Part shown: piece after piece, positions 59,550-64,000 of the stretch
Numbering within the stretch: the stretch's first letter is position 1
How the letters are laid out: every line of letters begins with the position of its first letter
Source of the DNA: Spirochaetia bacterium
Lineage (GTDB): Bacteria; Spirochaetota; Spirochaetia; DSM-2461
DNA length: 64,000 bases
Direction of reading: 5' to 3'
NCBI GenBank assembly: GCA_963666985.2
Contig: CAXXIA010000002.1
Span: forward strand, 2,016,001-2,080,000
Position numbers and translations under genes: made by a program
Notes under the pieces: model-generated
Told to the model about the DNA's origin: nothing
The model's input: only the letters and a program-made list of their open reading frames with translations
Database searches by the model: none

Positions 59550-60467
59550 ATGAAAAAGCGGTTGATAATCACCGGAGGGGCCGTCGCGCTTGTTCTGCTG
59601 ATCTTATTATTTCTTTGGAAGCCCACCGTGGTTATCTATGGAGTACAGAGGGCGGGGCTCTACTCAGCCATCGCCATTCCCATGGGACTCGTGCTCGGTA
59701 TCGTTCACATCGTGAACCTGGCCCATGGTGAACTGATGATGGTTTCCGCCTACTTAACGTATTTCCTGGCCACCAAGCTCGGAATGGACCCCCTGTTGGC
59801 CCTGATTCCCGCAGCCGTGGTTCTTTTTGGATTCGGGATTCTGATTTATCGGCTGACAATCAGTCATACACTGAAGGCGCCTGAGCTGAACCAGCTCATT
59901 CTTACCTTCGGCATTGCCATAGTGCTTGTTCAAGCGGTGAATCTTATCGCCACCAGTCAGCCCCGCAAACTCAGCGTGGACTACGTAACGGCTTCGGCGA
60001 AGATGGGCGAAGTCCATTTCGGAATCTACGACTTTGTGTTCGTGGCCCTGGCCGTTGCCATCCTTTTGGGACTCCAATGGTTTTTGAAAAAGACAAAAAC
60101 CGGCAGAGCCGCTTTGGCTGTGGGGCAGAATCCAAAGGGCGCCCAGCTTGTCGGCATTAATGTTGATCGGACTTACATGCTCGTATTCGGCATTGCCACG
60201 GCTCTTGTCGGTGTTGTGGGAGGATTCTTCCTGACCAAGCAGTCTCTCTTCCCGGCCGTCGGCGGTCCCTTCACCATGAAGAGTTTCGCTCTGGTCGCCA
60301 TGGCGGGAATCGGAAATCTTCCGGCCATTTTCTTTGCGGCCCTGGGACTGGGCGTGGCCGAGGCGTTCATTTCATCGTTTCAAGGTTATGGCGGATGGGC
60401 GCACATTGTTTTCTTCGCCCTCATCATCGCGGTCATTCTGATCCGCTCCTTCAGGGGAGGCAAATAA
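59550..60467 (+). CDS. LivH-like ABC permease
   Basis: IVNLAHGELMM, TKTGRAALAVGQN..GAQLVGINV. Confidence 0.9.
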   Translation: MKKRLIITGGAVALVLLILLFLWKPTVVIYGVQRAGLYSAIAIPMGLVLGIVHIVNLAHGELMMVSAYLTYFLATKLGMDPLLALIPAAVVLFGFGILIYRLTISHTLKAPELNQLILTFGIAIVLVQAVNLIATSQPRKLSVDYVTASAKMGEVHFGIYDFVFVALAVAILLGLQWFLKKTKTGRAALAVGQNPKGAQLVGINVDRTYMLVFGIATALVGVVGGFFLTKQSLFPAVGGPFTMKSFALVAMAGIGNLPAIFFAALGLGVAEAFISSFQGYGGWAHIVFFALIIAVILIRSFRGGK

Positions 60468-61444
60468 TGACCGGTAAAATAGTGAAATCCACCGTATTAA
60501 TCGTTCTGCTGATTCTGGCTCTGATTTTTCCGATGATCGCCGGACCGTATCCGCAGTCCATCATGAAGACGGTTTTTGTCTATATGGCCCTGGCGCTTGC
60601 CTGGGACATTCTGCTTCGGTCGGGACAGTTGTCGTTCGGCATCGCCGGGTTTTACGGACTGGGCGCTTATGCATCGGTTTTGGCGGTGACCCATCTCAAC
60701 CTCGGCGGTGTATCGGCGGTGCTTTTCGGCGGTATTTTCTCCGCCTTGGTTGCTCTGCTTCTGGGACTGATTATCTTAAGGCTTCGTGCCATGTATTTCG
60801 CCATTACCACCTTGGCTTTGGCTGAAATCTTCCGCGTTATCATCCGAAACTGGAAAGGTTTCGCGGGCGGCCCCGATGGACTTATTCTTCCGTCGGTTGT
60901 TTTCGACGGAGCTCCCGTTCCCTCTTATCTTCTTGTTCTGGGGGTTGTTCTGATTGTTATCGGAGCCTCCGAGTTTGTTGAAAAAGGCCGTTTCCGTTTT
61001 GCCCTTACGGCCATTCGGAATAATGAAATTGTCGCTAAAAGCCGGGGTGTGAATGTTTTTACAACTCTTTTAAAGGCTTTTGTTCTTACTTCCGGTCTGA
61101 TGGGCATGGCCGGAGCCGCTTTCTCTCAGCTCTATGGGTTTGTTACCCCGGAAAACACCTTTTCGGCGGATTTCACCTTGCTGCCTCTGGCCATGGCGCT
61201 TTTAGGCGGCATCTACGGAACATGGGGACCGGTTATCGGTTCTCTGGTGCTGGGAATTATCGCCGAATACCTGAAACTCTTCATGCCTTACGGGCATCTG
61301 ATCGTTTACGGAATCATCATAATTCTTGTGATTCTTTTCATGCCGCGAGGATTCGTGGGACTTATTCGTGATATCGATACTCGGAATCGTTCCGGCAAGG
61401 GTGAAGATACCAAGACCTCTTCAAGCAAGGAGGTTCCGGCATGA
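60467..61444 (+). CDS. LivM-like ABC permease
   Basis: GQLSFG..GFYGLGAY, LRLRAMYFAITTLALAE, AIRNNE; start overlaps the upstream stop. Confidence 0.9.
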   Translation: MTGKIVKSTVLIVLLILALIFPMIAGPYPQSIMKTVFVYMALALAWDILLRSGQLSFGIAGFYGLGAYASVLAVTHLNLGGVSAVLFGGIFSALVALLLGLIILRLRAMYFAITTLALAEIFRVIIRNWKGFAGGPDGLILPSVVFDGAPVPSYLLVLGVVLIVIGASEFVEKGRFRFALTAIRNNEIVAKSRGVNVFTTLLKAFVLTSGLMGMAGAAFSQLYGFVTPENTFSADFTLLPLAMALLGGIYGTWGPVIGSLVLGIIAEYLKLFMPYGHLIVYGIIIILVILFMPRGFVGLIRDIDTRNRSGKGEDTKTSSSKEVPA

Positions 61445-62160
61445 AAGGACTGAAAACAACAGGATTAACAAGGAAATTCGGCGGACTGGTTGCCGTTGAT
61501 TCGGTTGATTTTACCTTGGAACCTGGCCGGATTGTGGGAATCATCGGTCCCAACGGCGCCGGAAAAACCACCTTCATTCATCTGATTTCCGGCGTCTATC
61601 TGCCCACATCGGGAACCGTGGAACTGGACGGCAGGGATATCACGATGATGCCGACTCATGAACGCAGCCGTCTGGGACTGAGCCGAACCTTCCAGATTAT
61701 CCATCCTCTGGAGAACCTGAATCTCGTGGAGAACGTGATGATCGGTTATCTGTTCGCCAAGAATCTGAAAAAGAAGGAAGCCCGCGCAAAGGCTGAAAAT
61801 CTGTGCCTTGAACTGGGATTGGACCGTTTGGAGCGCTCCGTTGACCAGCTCACCGTTCTTGAGGTGAAGAAGATGGAAATCGCTCAGGCTCTGGCCACCG
61901 AACCGTCCATTCTTTTTTTGGACGAGGTGATGGCCGGACTGACCAGCGAAGAATCTTTCGCGCTTATCGACTTCATCAAGCGAATCGGCGCCGAGAAGAA
62001 CTTGGGTATCGGCGTTGTTGAACATGTTATGGGCGTTATTAAGGAACTCACTCACAGCGTCGTGGTTCTGGACTCAGGAGCCGTTATTGCCCAAGGCCCC
62101 TATGAAGAAGTGGCGAAGCAGAGCCGGGTAATCGACGCGTACTTGGGAGGAGGCGCCTGA
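61441..62160 (+). CDS. LivG-like ABC ATPase
   Basis: FGGLVAVD, GPNGAGKTT, SRTFQ, LDEVMAGL, VEHVM, AYLG. Confidence 0.92.
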   Translation: MKGLKTTGLTRKFGGLVAVDSVDFTLEPGRIVGIIGPNGAGKTTFIHLISGVYLPTSGTVELDGRDITMMPTHERSRLGLSRTFQIIHPLENLNLVENVMIGYLFAKNLKKKEARAKAENLCLELGLDRLERSVDQLTVLEVKKMEIAQALATEPSILFLDEVMAGLTSEESFALIDFIKRIGAEKNLGIGVVEHVMGVIKELTHSVVVLDSGAVIAQGPYEEVAKQSRVIDAYLGGGA

Positions 62161-62861
62161 TGTTGACGATAGAAAACCTGAGCTGCGGCTACGGCCGCAT
62201 CGAGGTGATTCGTAATATGAACCTGGAAGTGGGTGCCGAATCGGTGGGACTGTTCGGTCCCAACGGCGCGGGAAAAACCACTTTAATCAATGCCTTGATG
62301 GGTTTCGTGAAACCGTCGGCCGGGCGTATTACGTTCAACGGCCGGGATATTACCGGTCTGGAACCTCATAACGTGGCCCGGATGGGGATTGCTCTGGTAC
62401 CTCAGGAACGGGAGCTGTTTCCTCTCATGACGGTCCGGGACAACCTTGAATTGGGATGTCTCTATATTCCCGGGAAAGAGGCGGGACTTGAGGAGAGAAT
62501 TGAACGAGTCTTCGCCGTTTATCCCATTCTGAAAGAACGTCAGAAACAGCTCGCGGGAACCATGAGCGGCGGACAGCAGCGGCAGCTGGCCATCGGCCGC
62601 GCCATTATGGCCGATCCGAAGCTGCTTATTCTCGACGAGCCTTCACTGGGGCTTCAGCCCAACCTTGTTTCCGATCTTTATGGAAAACTCACCGAGATGA
62701 AAAGCCGGGTTTCCATTCTTGTAACCGAGCAGAATGTTCGGGAATCACTCAAAGCCGTGGATCGAGGTTATGTCATGGAGCATGGCGGAATCGCCATCAC
62801 CGGCTCCGCGGAAGAGCTCAAGAAGGATCCTCACGTGGTCCGGGTTTATCTGGGGCTGTAG
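62160..62861 (+). CDS. LivF-like ABC ATPase
   Basis: GPNGAGKTT, AGTMSGGQQRQLAIGRA, LDEPSLGL, EQN. Confidence 0.92.
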   Translation: MLTIENLSCGYGRIEVIRNMNLEVGAESVGLFGPNGAGKTTLINALMGFVKPSAGRITFNGRDITGLEPHNVARMGIALVPQERELFPLMTVRDNLELGCLYIPGKEAGLEERIERVFAVYPILKERQKQLAGTMSGGQQRQLAIGRAIMADPKLLILDEPSLGLQPNLVSDLYGKLTEMKSRVSILVTEQNVRESLKAVDRGYVMEHGGIAITGSAEELKKDPHVVRVYLGL

Positions 62862-62864
62862 GTT

Positions 62865-63902
62865 ATGGGACTCACACATGGAAATACATCCCTCGGCCGT
62901 GAGGGCATCGGTATCGCCGGATGGGGCATTTACACTCCGAAGACCTTTGTTGAGGCCGCCGAAATCGCCGCGGCCACGGGGATTCCGGAGAATGTGATTC
63001 GGGAAAAATTCGGCGTTCTCCGCAAACCTGTTCCCGGGCCCGAAGACACAACGGCGTTTATGGGACTGGCGGCGGCGAAAGAGGCGGTTGCCAAGGCCGG
63101 AATCGATCCGGCCGAAATCGATGTGATTATCTGGAACGGTGCCCAGCACAAGGATTTTCCCTGCTGGCTTGCCGGATTGGATATCGCCGAACAGCTCGGA
63201 GCCGTGAATGCCTGGTCTTTCGATATGGAGGCCATGTGCGGCTCCATGATGGCGGGCATGGAAACCGCCCGTTCTTTGATGGTGGCCAACGAACGCTACC
63301 GGAACGTTCTTCTGGTGAGCGGCTACCGCAACGGCGATTTGATTCATTACGGCGTACCCGAAACAAGCTTTATGTTCGATTTGGGCGCGGGGGGAGCCGC
63401 TCTGCTGCTGAAGAAAGGACTCGGAAAAAATCTTCTGCTGGGGGCTTCTTTCAAGGGCGACGGTTCGTTCAGCAGGATGTGCACCGTAAAAACCGGCGGT
63501 ACGGCCAAGTGGCCCATGGAGCCGGACGACGTTGAAAAGCTCCATTTCACCATTGATGATCCGGATGCCTTCAAGAAGAACCTCGGCGAAAAAACTCTTC
63601 CGAATTTTTTCGCCGTTATCGACGAGAGCCTGGAACTCAGCGGGCTGAACCGGAAGGATATCGGCTATCTGGCCATTCTTCATTTTAAGCGGTCTTCTCA
63701 CGATTTGGTTCTCAAGGAATTGGGAGTTCCCGAAGAGAAGACGACGTATCTGAACGCGTACGGGCACATCGGTCAGAACGATCAGGTGATTTCCATCGCG
63801 GAAGGTTTGGCCGCGGGGAAAATCAAGGACGGCGACAACATCGTGATGGTGGGCGCCGGCCTGGGTTTCGTCTGGGCGTCGGCGGTGGTTCGCTGGGGCT
63901 AA
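62865..63902 (+). CDS. 3-oxoacyl-ACP synthase III-like (FabH-fold) condensing enzyme
   Basis: FDMEAMCGS (Cys), LAILHF (His), YGHIG (His where FabH has Asn), GAGLGFVW. Confidence 0.85.
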   Translation: MGLTHGNTSLGREGIGIAGWGIYTPKTFVEAAEIAAATGIPENVIREKFGVLRKPVPGPEDTTAFMGLAAAKEAVAKAGIDPAEIDVIIWNGAQHKDFPCWLAGLDIAEQLGAVNAWSFDMEAMCGSMMAGMETARSLMVANERYRNVLLVSGYRNGDLIHYGVPETSFMFDLGAGGAALLLKKGLGKNLLLGASFKGDGSFSRMCTVKTGGTAKWPMEPDDVEKLHFTIDDPDAFKKNLGEKTLPNFFAVIDESLELSGLNRKDIGYLAILHFKRSSHDLVLKELGVPEEKTTYLNAYGHIGQNDQVISIAEGLAAGKIKDGDNIVMVGAGLGFVWASAVVRWG

Positions 63903-63975
63903 GGCCTCGATTACGCTACCGGCGGTGTAATGCCCGCCGGAATTTGGAAAGTATCGGATAAGGAAGGAATTGATT

Positions 63976-64000
63976 ATGAAAGGGAAAATTTGTGTTGTAA
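63976..64000 (+). CDS. Start of a probable SDR (FabG-like), truncated by the window end
   Basis: AGGAAGGA RBS; MKGKICVV resembles the strand preceding TGxxxGxG. Only 8 codons visible. Confidence 0.4.

Overview
Bacterial chromosomal window, probably from a free-living or anaerobic spirochaete (Spirochaetia). This is inferred from gene content and lipoprotein signal style, not from a marker gene. The backbone is GC-rich with several visibly AT-richer islets. In order: a partial M16 (PqqL-like) peptidase; a CPBP protease; yejABEF-type peptide ABC transporter; a complete heme uptake and anaerobic degradation locus (HmuF-like flavodoxin, HmuUV/T, ChuW/HmuW radical SAM, ExbB/ExbD/TonB, TonB-dependent receptor, lipoprotein); a 7TM diguanylate cyclase; housekeeping enzymes; and tRNA-Val(CAC) carrying a decayed ~6.8 kb integrative element (tyrosine integrase, two RHH proteins, truncated AEP primase, IS1182, IS3; 53-bp att repeats) followed by a structured tRNA-linked repeat unit. 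Next come a TetR/SDR cluster containing a serine palmitoyltransferase-like gene translationally coupled to a eukaryote-type 3-ketodihydrosphingosine reductase-like gene (best candidate for an undescribed system: sphingoid-base synthesis in a spirochaete); tRNA-Ala(GGC); a MoxR-DUF58-transglutaminase-TPR-Bpt operon; an AT-rich accessory islet; a Ca/Na antiporter; tRNA-Gly(GCC); GtrA; an acyl-CoA ligase; and a liv-type ABC + FabH-like operon. At least 8 genes look leaderless. Five genes carry single-base frameshifts that may be assembly errors. No CRISPR array or rRNA was seen. All family calls come from motif recognition by eye; no database searches were run.
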